From the IMG/VR virus record IMGVR_UViG_3300025821_000003: a DNA stretch of 31,926 nt. The stretch is one strand, 5' to 3'. A program made the translations under genes and the position numbers. Each line of letters opens with the position of its first letter. Position 1 is the stretch's first letter. The notes beneath the pieces are model-generated. The model was given only the letters and a program-made list of their open reading frames with translations, was not told the origin of the DNA and did not search any database. Shown one piece after another: positions 6,365 through 13,634 of the stretch. Source of the stretch: a virus.

Positions 6365-6688
6365 TTACACCTCCACTCGAACGATCACGTTCGCGTTGCT
6401 TTGTATCATTGGAATTTGAACCTTTGTTTTATCATTAACCAACAATTGCTCATAGTTTCTTTGGTGAATACGAACATCTGCATTGATAGTACGTAATAAC
6501 CCGTTAAGGCGTTCGCGTGTTGTAGGTGTACCCCAACCACACATGGAGATATATAACTCGCCTTCATCGCGCCATGCTATTTTGTTGCCGTGTAAAAATA
6601 TCGAATTGCCATCAGTCATAGAATTGCCAACTGTTAATTTACGACCATTTAAGAATGCTTCTGTTATTTGCTCGGTTACTTTTCTCAT
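6365..6688 (-). CDS. hypothetical protein (107 aa)
   Basis: ATG 6688 is preceded by the TTAAAAACTATATAAGGACTAAG cassette. Confidence 0.6.
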   Translation of the reverse strand: MRKVTEQITEAFLNGRKLTVGNSMTDGNSIFLHGNKIAWRDEGELYISMCGWGTPTTRERLNGLLRTINADVRIHQRNYEQLLVNDKTKVQIPMIQSNANVIVRVEV

Positions 6689-6691
6689 TTT

Positions 6692-6716
6692 CTTAGTCCT
6701 TATATAGTTTTTAAGA
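6692..6716 (-). repeat. conserved early-gene initiation cassette
   Basis: cttagtccttatatagtttttaaga; 24/25 identical to 7478..7502. Confidence 0.75.
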
Positions 6717-6752
6717 TGTTGCATAAGACCAACTCGCGTTGGTTTCGACCAA

Positions 6753-7154
6753 TTAGGTCTCGTCAGTTATGCTATTTTCTAATACTGGCGCGTCATCTCT
6801 AAGCCAATCATGCTCGGTCTTATAATATTCGATCAGCCATTTAGGCAACAGCTTTTCAATTTCATCGCTAGTCAAAGAAATTTGGTTGGTGTGGTCTGAT
6901 GACAAATAAATAGTGGTTGTGTTGCCATCCTCGCGAAAGTTGGTTGTGTTGCACGGGTAAAGATCGAGGTTTAAAGTTTCATCTACATAGAAATTGACAT
7001 CGACAAAAGCTCCTCCCTCAACCTCGAAAGCGTGCCACGTGTCGAACTCCATCAGTATATCTTGTCCTGATTTTGTCTGCGCCCATGCTTTGAATTGATT
7101 AATAACGCTTGCTTCAATGTCTGGCGTAATTCTTTTGATTGTGGTTATAGTCAT
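6753..7154 (-). CDS. hypothetical acidic protein (133 aa)
   Basis: GGGAGG SD upstream; followed by the ACCAAC-GCGA-GTTGGT hairpin (6728..6743). Confidence 0.6.
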   Translation of the reverse strand: MTITTIKRITPDIEASVINQFKAWAQTKSGQDILMEFDTWHAFEVEGGAFVDVNFYVDETLNLDLYPCNTTNFREDGNTTTIYLSSDHTNQISLTSDEIEKLLPKWLIEYYKTEHDWLRDDAPVLENSITDET

Positions 7155-7156
7155 GA

Positions 7157-7474
7157 TTATGCAACCTCCCTAAGTTTGATATTCATTAATATGCCACTGT
7201 CTGATAGTTCGGAAATAAATTCGCCATCGTCAAGCGGATACAAAAAGGCATTTGATAGCTTGTTCAGAATGTCCCTGTACTCAGACTCAGAAAACCATCT
7301 ATAACATTTCTCATCTAAGTAGCAGTTGAATAGGGCGTCAAAATCACGATCTTCAAAACCGTCTTCATAAACTCCCACCATTGATGACATCTCGTAGGGT
7401 GTGCCATCTGCTTCATACATGATTAAACCCACATCTTCCAGTCTTACCTTTATCATTCTGTCTATTGTTTGCAT
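7157..7474 (-). CDS. hypothetical acidic protein (105 aa), first gene of the leftward operon
   Basis: ATG 7474 is preceded by the TTAACAACTATATAAGGACTAAG cassette. Confidence 0.6.
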   Translation of the reverse strand: MQTIDRMIKVRLEDVGLIMYEADGTPYEMSSMVGVYEDGFEDRDFDALFNCYLDEKCYRWFSESEYRDILNKLSNAFLYPLDDGEFISELSDSGILMNIKLREVA

Positions 7475-7477
7475 TGT

Positions 7478-7502
7478 CTTAGTCCTTATATAGTTGTTAA
7501 GA
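7478..7502 (-). repeat. conserved early-gene initiation cassette
   Basis: cttagtccttatatagttgttaaga. Confidence 0.75.
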
Positions 7503-7530
7503 AAAACACGTTTCGTCGTGTTGATATAAG

Positions 7531-7558
7531 TATATAACAAAGATATCGATTAATGCAA
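7531..7558 (-). promoter_or_regulatory. leftward early promoter (sigma70-like)
   Basis: Minus strand TTGCAT-N16-TATATA with an A/T-rich upstream tract; a 50-nt leader containing the AACACG/CGTGTT hairpin precedes ATG 7474. Confidence 0.55.
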
Positions 7559-7580
7559 CACTTTTTTAAATTGGTATAAT
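7552..7580 (+). promoter_or_regulatory. rightward promoter with extended -10 (TGgTATAAT), predicted to give a leaderless mRNA
   Basis: TATAAT at 7575..7580 lies exactly 6 nt before ATG 7587; the weak -35 (AATGCA) overlaps the -35 of the leftward promoter. Confidence 0.5.
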
Positions 7581-7586
7581 TAAGGT

Positions 7587-8192
7587 ATGGAATACAGCCT
7601 ACCAAAAAAGCCGAAGATTAAAGAGAAGACACCCGCACCAGACCAACGGAAGTTCAGCGTCATGCCATTATCAGTTATTAATAAACGTATGACATTAGCA
7701 AGCTATCGAGTGTTGGTTGTGTTGTCGAGCTATTGCAACAAAGCGGGGTTTACTTATGTGTCATTGGCAAGGATAGGGAACGACTTGGGAATCACTGCGC
7801 CGAGTGTATCAAGACAGATACAACGTTTACAGAAGTTAGGGATAGTTAAAAAGGTCAGCGGTCATTATTCTATGATTAAGGGCGCAACTAGACGCATTAT
7901 ATACGATGACAGTCTGAGCAATGAGGACGCTAGTCGAATAGCTAACGCACCAATCGAACCATACAACAACAGGGAAATCAAAGGGGAACTAATGAAGAAA
8001 AGGATAAGCAAAAGCAATAAGATAGCGAAGGAAGCAAAGCCTGTCAGTGCTAAGCAATCAAATCAGTTACACAATGAGTTATTAGCTAGTGTGTTTGAGT
8101 GTGTGAAGAGTGAGCAGGATTTGGTCATAGTCGAGCGTAGGCTGGCAAGTGGTGAGAATCCTGGGGACATATTGAAAGAGTTGCAAGGCTAA
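7587..8192 (+). CDS. winged-helix (HTH_36-like) DNA-binding protein; candidate regulator or replication initiator
   Basis: FSVMPLSVINK..LASYRVLVVLSSYCNKAGFTYVSLARIGNDLGITAPSVSRQIQRLQKLGIV matches the wHTH pattern of phage/plasmid initiator and repressor proteins. Confidence 0.65.
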   Translation: MEYSLPKKPKIKEKTPAPDQRKFSVMPLSVINKRMTLASYRVLVVLSSYCNKAGFTYVSLARIGNDLGITAPSVSRQIQRLQKLGIVKKVSGHYSMIKGATRRIIYDDSLSNEDASRIANAPIEPYNNREIKGELMKKRISKSNKIAKEAKPVSAKQSNQLHNELLASVFECVKSEQDLVIVERRLASGENPGDILKELQG

Positions 8193-8367
8193 AGGGACGT
8201 ATAGCTGTACAACATAAGGTGGCATGTCTGCGAGTGGAACGCTTTAGGCTGTGCAATCATCCCATTAGTTTAGATTAGTAATTGCATGGTGAACTGGTAA
8301 AAAATAACATTGCTTTGTCCGAAGGGTACACCTTCCCTCCCCGTCCCCTGACTGTGAGGTAGGGGTG

Positions 8368-8568
8368 TTACAAGCAAATTTTTGCTAGGTTTTCCTTACA
8401 ACGTTTAACACAAGCTATCTTTTCTTCTCGGGACATATACATCCATTGCTCTAAGTCATCGTAATCTCGTCCGCACCCGGAGCATATCGCACCATGGTCT
8501 GTCTGAATGTACTTACATAGGTTCGTGCATGGACTCGACGCGGCCTTGCTGCTAGTTTTTAAAGACAT
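8368..8568 (-). CDS. DUF1289 (YdhL-like) cysteine-rich protein, 66 aa
   Basis: SPCTNLCKY....ICSGCGRDYDDLEQWMYMSREEKIACVKRC matches the SPC..C...C.GC.R...W..MS..EK pattern. ATG 8568 is chosen because the N-terminal extension in the track ORF is hydrophobic junk. Confidence 0.7.
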   Translation of the reverse strand: MSLKTSSKAASSPCTNLCKYIQTDHGAICSGCGRDYDDLEQWMYMSREEKIACVKRCKENLAKICL

Positions 8569-8664
8569 GTTTTTAAACCTTGTTAAGATTGCCGAGTGGC
8601 AACCTGATCGTGTGGGTAACATAACTACAGACAATAACAATCTCACCCGTAGTAAAAAGGGATA

Positions 8665-8679
8665 ATCACATAAAGTGAT
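8665..8679. promoter_or_regulatory. 15-bp palindrome ATCAC-ATAAA-GTGAT (operator-like)
   Basis: Perfect 5+5 dyad with a 5-nt spacer, in the 323-nt non-coding region upstream of the DUF1289 gene. Confidence 0.3.
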
Positions 8680-8857
8680 GAGCATTCTCGTTTATCTGGT
8701 TTATATATAGTGTCTACCTATATACCCAAGGAACTGTACCTGTAAGGATACCCTTGATTCAACTCGTTTATACCATTGGTCATGCTCTACCGCCGGTGGA
8801 CTGGGTTATGGTCCCGTACATTGATTATATACATAACTAAAATAAATTGCAAGTAAC

Positions 8858-8885
8858 TTGACACAATGTATCTATGAGATATACT
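8858..8885 (+). promoter_or_regulatory. strong sigma70-like promoter of the rightward block, predicted leaderless
   Basis: TTGACA (8858..8863), N16, TATACT (8880..8885), then 6 nt to ATG 8892. Confidence 0.55.
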
Positions 8886-8891
8886 TTCTAT

Positions 8892-9848
8892 ATGAACATA
8901 TTATCTTTATTTGACGGAATGTCTTGTGGTCAGATTGCATTAGATCAATTAGGTATTAAGGTAGACAATTATTATGCTGCGGAAATAGATAAGTACGCCA
9001 TGCAGATTGCTAAGAAGAATTATCCTAATACCATACATCTTGGCGATGTAACTTCAGTGTATGCCCAGCATTTACCTAAGATAGATTTATTGATGGGTGG
9101 TAGTCCATGCCAGGGATTTAGTTTTGCAGGTAAGCAGTTAAACTTTGATGACCCACGCTCTGCATTGTTTTTTGAGTTTGTTAGGTTGTTAAAAGAATGT
9201 AATCCTAAATACTTTCTGTTAGAAAATGTCAGAATGAAGAAAGAATATCAGGATATTATCTCAGAACATCTTGGTGTTGAACCCATTACAATTAATAGTG
9301 CATTAGTCTCTGCACAGAATCGTGTACGATTGTATTGGACTAATATACCCAACCTAACAGAACCAGATGATAAGAATATTGTGTTAAAAGATATATTGGG
9401 GTTAGATGCTTCCGAGCCTATGTTATCTAATGTTTATGGTGGCTTTAAAGAAAAAAATCCTAGAGTCCATTACGGCAAGTCAGTAACTATTAGAACGGCT
9501 AGTGGTGGAGGGCATATACCTTCAGTTAAATTAAAGAAAGGTGCAGCCTTAAGAGGTCGTTCATTTGATCAACATGGCAACCCAACTGATTGGAAAACAG
9601 GTACACATAAACAAGTGTTAGAAGCAAGAAAAGATAACAAAGCAAACGCAATAACAAGTGCAACAAAAGATAGTGTAGTAGCATATTCAAAAGAAGAATA
9701 TAGAAAGCTAACACCACTAGAATGTGAAAGATTACAAACTGTTCCTGATGGGTATACAGAAGGGGTGTCTAATACACAAAGATATAGAATGTTAGGTAAT
9801 GGTTGGACAGTAGAAGTAATCAAGCACATATTAAAGGAAATAATATGA
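8892..9848 (+). CDS. dcm: DNA (cytosine-5) methyltransferase, orphan
   Basis: LFDGMSCG (motif I), GGSPCQGFS (motif IV), LLENV (motif VI), QRYRMLGNGWTV (motif X). Confidence 0.9.
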   Translation: MNILSLFDGMSCGQIALDQLGIKVDNYYAAEIDKYAMQIAKKNYPNTIHLGDVTSVYAQHLPKIDLLMGGSPCQGFSFAGKQLNFDDPRSALFFEFVRLLKECNPKYFLLENVRMKKEYQDIISEHLGVEPITINSALVSAQNRVRLYWTNIPNLTEPDDKNIVLKDILGLDASEPMLSNVYGGFKEKNPRVHYGKSVTIRTASGGGHIPSVKLKKGAALRGRSFDQHGNPTDWKTGTHKQVLEARKDNKANAITSATKDSVVAYSKEEYRKLTPLECERLQTVPDGYTEGVSNTQRYRMLGNGWTVEVIKHILKEII

Positions 9849-10078
9849 TAGTAGAGTTTGTCTTAGTAGTGAGTGTTACTACACCAATAGAAAGTTTTAG
9901 ATATGTTGGACATTTTACTAGCTGCGAGCAAGCACATCTGTATGTAGAGTTAAACATACCTGATGCCAAAGCAACACGATGCTTGTTAGAAGATTATATT
10001 TATTTACCGGATTCAGTTAAGAAACGCACAATAAGGATTCATGATGGAGCTGAAAGCTTTTTACCAGTGGATCTGTAA
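9845..10078 (+). CDS. hypothetical protein (77 aa) with a hydrophobic N-terminus
   Basis: ATGA overlap with the methyltransferase stop codon. Confidence 0.45.
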   Translation: MIVEFVLVVSVTTPIESFRYVGHFTSCEQAHLYVELNIPDAKATRCLLEDYIYLPDSVKKRTIRIHDGAESFLPVDL

Positions 10079-10301
10079 AGAGTTCAACGAGGGTGAGCCG
10101 TTGGAGTATAAGTGGACGAGGGCTGATGGCTATTGGAAGGTAACTAAGGGCTTTCCTATGGGAGGTAGATCAGTCTCACTCCACGCAGTAGCAGAGGTAA
10201 TGGAATACGAACGATGGCTGTTGAAAGAGAAAAATGCAGATAAGCGTAAGCCAGGCAGGATCAAGAAAGTTGTTACTAAATATAAAGGAGAAGAACTATG
10301 A
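10041..10301 (+). CDS. hypothetical protein (86 aa)
   Basis: Open frame in the operon; 38-nt overlap with the previous ORF. Confidence 0.45.
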   Translation: MMELKAFYQWICKEFNEGEPLEYKWTRADGYWKVTKGFPMGGRSVSLHAVAEVMEYERWLLKEKNADKRKPGRIKKVVTKYKGEEL

Positions 10302-10459
10302 GTGATTTAAAACCATTTCTAGTTAGACTGACACCGCAAAGTGTTGAGCTGCTAGATAAAGCATCAAAGTCAGAAGAGAAGACGAAGGCCGGATTAATTA
10401 ATGAGGCTATTAAGGCTTACTTAACATCTGACTTAAAATCCAGATTAAAGAGATTATGA
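10298..10459 (+). CDS. ribbon-helix-helix (Arc/CopG-like) protein, 53 aa
   Basis: Hand-translated MSDLKPFLVRLTPQSVELLDKASKSEEKTKAGLINEAIKAYL..., a beta-strand then helix-helix pattern; ATGA overlaps at both ends. Confidence 0.55.
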   Translation: MSDLKPFLVRLTPQSVELLDKASKSEEKTKAGLINEAIKAYLTSDLKSRLKRL

Positions 10460-10830
10460 GTCCAACTATAAGATTAGAACTGCCTTATCCACCAAGCGTC
10501 AATAGTTATTGGCGTGCTAATGGACATAGACGATACATCAGTAAAGAAGGTGTAGAGTTTACTAAAGCAGTAGATCTTGTAGTGAAGCAAAGTAATGCCA
10601 AGAGTTTTGAAGAAAAGAAAGTAGCAATTAGTGTAATGATACACCCCAGATCTAAAAGAAAGTTTGACTTAGATAACACACTTAAGGCAATATTAGATGC
10701 ATTAATGAAGGCTGGCATGTATAATGATGACAGTCAGATTGAGTACATTGAGATTGCTAGAGGTGAAGCAGTCGATGGCGGTAAAGCTGTCGTACATTTA
10801 TATGACTATATAGGAGAAGAACATGGCTGA
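10456..10830 (+). CDS. rusA: RusA-family Holliday junction resolvase
   Basis: LPYPPSVNSYWR...FDLDNTLKAILDAL..AGMYNDDSQI signature. Confidence 0.85.
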   Translation: MSPTIRLELPYPPSVNSYWRANGHRRYISKEGVEFTKAVDLVVKQSNAKSFEEKKVAISVMIHPRSKRKFDLDNTLKAILDALMKAGMYNDDSQIEYIEIARGEAVDGGKAVVHLYDYIGEEHG

Positions 10831-11113
10831 ACAACCATATCAACGTAAACCAGGTAGCGGAAGTATTTTTAAGAATGATCGTAAGACAGAAGATTGGCAT
10901 GCTGATTGGCGTGGTAAAGTATTACTACCAGATGGCACGGAGCATTACGTAGACTTATACAGTAACAAAAGTCAGCGAGATGGCACGGAGTATTATGGCT
11001 TACGAATTGGTAATCCTGTCGCGGCATCCGCATCCAACACATCCGCACCAGTACGTAATCAAGCACCAGCGCCTGAGACTGTGGCCGAACTCGAGGACGA
11101 TCTTCCCTTTTAA
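10823..11113 (+). CDS. small protein with an SSB-like linker and acidic C-terminal tip (…ELEDDLPF); putative ssDNA-binding protein or SSB-tail mimic
   Basis: Beta-rich N-terminal part, Ala/Pro/Ser linker, then a terminal DDLPF resembling the bacterial SSB tip DDDIPF. Confidence 0.5.
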   Translation: MAEQPYQRKPGSGSIFKNDRKTEDWHADWRGKVLLPDGTEHYVDLYSNKSQRDGTEYYGLRIGNPVAASASNTSAPVRNQAPAPETVAELEDDLPF

Positions 11114-11538
11114 TGAGTGAAGCTAAAAACAAGAATAAACCTATCCCGTCTTTGGCGGGTTATGGTGGTGTGAAAACACTACAAAAGAATCTGGAGCGCA
11201 GCACAACATTAGCTGCCAACAGAGAAGCTGTCGCGTATTCCTTATTGTCTATTGCTAACACCAAGATTACTGACTTTATGGAATGGGATGAGACAGGTAA
11301 AGTAAGAGTAAAACCAAGTCGTGATATTCCGGAGCATGCCCTGCAAGCAATTAAGTCTATCAAGATTGATAAGGATGGGCAGATTGCTATTGAGATGTGG
11401 GACAAGCCCGGAGTGTTACGCATACTAGCAAAAGCATCAGGCTTATTAGATAACCCAGAAGAATCGGATAAACCATCCGTTATTGGTATTAACATTAAAG
11501 CACCCACTATAATAGATAGCGATATCGATGAGTCCTAG
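11113..11538 (+). CDS. terS: terminase small subunit
   Basis: Position just upstream of TerL; the ...IKSIKIDKDGQIAIEMWDKPGVLRILAKASGLL motif resembles Terminase_2-type small subunits. Confidence 0.65.
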   Translation: MSEAKNKNKPIPSLAGYGGVKTLQKNLERSTTLAANREAVAYSLLSIANTKITDFMEWDETGKVRVKPSRDIPEHALQAIKSIKIDKDGQIAIEMWDKPGVLRILAKASGLLDNPEESDKPSVIGINIKAPTIIDSDIDES

Positions 11539-11707
11539 AGAAAAATATCTTCAAGCAGTAAAAGACCTTGCGGCGAAACGAAGAGACCCAAAGCAATGGG
11601 CGCGTGATATATTAGCTGATCCTAATTACAAATCCGACCTTGGCATTGCTATGGCCAAGAAAGCACTAGACCCTAACAACTTAAGAGGAATCAAAGATGA
11701 ATCCTAA
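11528..11707 (+). CDS. hypothetical protein (59 aa)
   Basis: Hand-translated MSPREKYLQAVKDLAAKRRDPKQW...; fills the gap between terS and the DUF3310 gene. Confidence 0.4.
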   Translation: MSPREKYLQAVKDLAAKRRDPKQWARDILADPNYKSDLGIAMAKKALDPNNLRGIKDES

Positions 11708-11927
11708 AGACACCCAAGTCGGTGGTAACCATTACACTAAGATGAAGATACAGCCAATGGAGTTTTCCATGGCAAACAATCTTAATCCTATGCAGCATAC
11801 TATTATTAAGTATGTCACTCGTGTTGACCTTAAAGGCAATGGCGATGAAGATATAGACAAAGCAATACACACACTACAACTTTGGAAACAGTGGAGGAAA
11901 GATAATGGACATAAAGCTACAGATTGA
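11697..11927 (+). CDS. DUF3310-family phage protein
   Basis: QVGGNHYTKMKIQPMEF....IIKYVTR....G..EDIDKAIHTL pattern. Confidence 0.7.
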   Translation: MNPKDTQVGGNHYTKMKIQPMEFSMANNLNPMQHTIIKYVTRVDLKGNGDEDIDKAIHTLQLWKQWRKDNGHKATD

Positions 11928-12066
11928 CCAACTGCGTGAAGAATTTAAGATGGCAAACATGAATAACTCTCGAGTCATGCAGATCATTGATACGCTATAT
12001 GCGGAAAACCAAGAACTCAAACGTCTAATGACAATGAAGTTCAAAGATATAGACGATGAGCAATAA
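11905..12066 (+). CDS. hypothetical coiled-coil protein (53 aa)
   Basis: GGAGGAAAGATA-ATG strong SD; hand-translated MDIKLQIDQLREEFKMANMNN... Confidence 0.5.
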   Translation: MDIKLQIDQLREEFKMANMNNSRVMQIIDTLYAENQELKRLMTMKFKDIDDEQ

Positions 12067-13612
12067 AAAAGAGCGCAGTAAAAAAGCACTCAGTGGTCCG
12101 GGCATTGACCTGGACTTTAGCACATCGCCGGCGGTATATGGATTCTTACAGTCTAATAAGTTTGTCCGCGGACTAATGGGACCAGTTGGGTCAGGCAAAT
12201 CATACGCCTGTGCTGCTGAGATTATGATGCGTGCCGTTAGACAAAAGCCCTCCCCACAGGATGGCATTCGCTATACCCGTTTTGTCATCGTACGAAACTC
12301 GTATCCAGAACTTAAGACTACCACAATTAAGACATGGCAGGAGTTATTTCCTGAGAATACTTTTGGTCCAATGTTATATACCCCACCCATCACGCACCAC
12401 ATACGTCTCCCCTCCAGAGGAGATGCTGCGGGAATCGATTGTGAGGTCATATTCTTAGCATTGGATCAACCTAAAGATGTAAGAAAACTATTATCACTTG
12501 AACTAACGGGGGCGTGGGTTAATGAAGCTAGAGAACTTCCTAAGGCAGTTATTGACGGTCTTACTCATAGGGTGGGTCGTTATCCTACTCAGCGTGATGG
12601 TGGTCCTACATGGCATGGTGTTTGGATGGATACCAACCCAATGGATGACGATCATTGGTGGCATCGTCTAGCAGAGAAAGAACCGATTACCGGTAAGTAT
12701 GGCTGGGACTTCTTTCAACAACCCGGTGGTGTTATAGAAGTACCGATAGATGAACTACCAGATAATCCAGAAGCAAACGATCATATCTTTGCTAGTGGAC
12801 GATGGTGGAAACTGAATCCTAAAGCAGAGAATGTAAAGAACTTACCAGCAGGTTACTATTCACAAATGTTGGGTGGTAAGAACTTGGACTGGGTGCGCTG
12901 TTATGCTGAGGGTAAATATACTTACGTACAAGAAGGCAGACCTGTATGGCCGGAGTACGATGATAATTTAATGAGTTCAGATGAGGTAGAGTACGATCCT
13001 AACCTTCCATTACATATTGGTCTTGACTTTGGTTTAACTCCAGCAGCAGCTATTGGTCAGCGCCTAGCAAATGGACGTTGGGTTGTATTACATGAGATAG
13101 TTACTGAAGATATGGGACTAGAAAGATTTGGTAATCAGTTACTAGCTGAACTCAATGCTAGGTACCCTAAGGCACAAGTGTTAGTGTGGGGCGATCCTGC
13201 TGGTATGCAACGTGATGCTATCTATGAAGTAACAGCCTTTGACTACTTACGTACATTAGGACTACGCGCACAGCCAACTGCATCTAACAACTTCAGAGTA
13301 AGACGTGAAGGGGCAGCAGCTCCAATGCAACGATTGATTGCCGGTAAGCCAGGTCTAATGATACACAAGTCATGTAAGATGATTCGTAAGTCATTGGCTG
13401 GTGGTTATCATTTTAAACGTGTAGCAGTTGGTGCGGGCCATGAGCGATTCAAAGATAGTCCAAACAAAAACGAACACTCACACATTGGTGATGCGTTTGG
13501 CTACTTAATGTTAGGTGGTGGTGAACATAAGCGCATGACTAAGAGTCCATTAGCTGCTAGTACATTGATTGCGCCAACAGTTGCAGGGAGTGACTTTGAC
13601 GTCTTTTCTTAA
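12056..13612 (+). CDS. terL: terminase large subunit
   Basis: Walker A GPVGSGKS, ATPase and nuclease domain layout, 518 aa. Confidence 0.9.
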   Translation: MSNKKERSKKALSGPGIDLDFSTSPAVYGFLQSNKFVRGLMGPVGSGKSYACAAEIMMRAVRQKPSPQDGIRYTRFVIVRNSYPELKTTTIKTWQELFPENTFGPMLYTPPITHHIRLPSRGDAAGIDCEVIFLALDQPKDVRKLLSLELTGAWVNEARELPKAVIDGLTHRVGRYPTQRDGGPTWHGVWMDTNPMDDDHWWHRLAEKEPITGKYGWDFFQQPGGVIEVPIDELPDNPEANDHIFASGRWWKLNPKAENVKNLPAGYYSQMLGGKNLDWVRCYAEGKYTYVQEGRPVWPEYDDNLMSSDEVEYDPNLPLHIGLDFGLTPAAAIGQRLANGRWVVLHEIVTEDMGLERFGNQLLAELNARYPKAQVLVWGDPAGMQRDAIYEVTAFDYLRTLGLRAQPTASNNFRVRREGAAAPMQRLIAGKPGLMIHKSCKMIRKSLAGGYHFKRVAVGAGHERFKDSPNKNEHSHIGDAFGYLMLGGGEHKRMTKSPLAASTLIAPTVAGSDFDVFS

Positions 13613-13634
13613 TCAACAATATTTAGATAAGTTC

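Noticed and set aside
8760-8830. Possible tRNA or tRNA-derived attP core in the long non-coding region
   Set aside because: I could not fold either strand into a cloverleaf: there is no T-loop GTTCRANYC-like box and no matching acceptor stems. It is left only as a candidate att/ori region, to be tested.
8849-8857. Shared motif TGCAAGTAAC upstream of the methyltransferase promoter and in the capsid leader (about 19454..19463), considered as a late-promoter motif
   Set aside because: A single 10-nt match is expected many times by chance in a 32-kb sequence. The downstream sequences do not align into a common -10.
8783-8857. 24-codon ORF MLYRRWTGLWSRTLIIYITKINCK in the non-coding region
   Set aside because: It has no Shine-Dalgarno and no recognisable motif, and it runs into the -35 region of the next promoter. 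It is treated as non-coding.
8874-8891. ATG 8874 as the methyltransferase start (MRYTFY extension)
   Set aside because: It lies inside the spacer/-10 of the TTGACA-N16-TATACT promoter. Dcm enzymes of this type normally begin a few residues before the FxGxG motif.
10041-10078. The 38-nt overlap between ORFs 9845..10078 and 10041..10301 as a possible programmed frameshift
   Set aside because: There is no slippery heptamer in the overlap. The downstream ORF has its own ATG. A simple overlap, or a mis-assigned start, is more likely.
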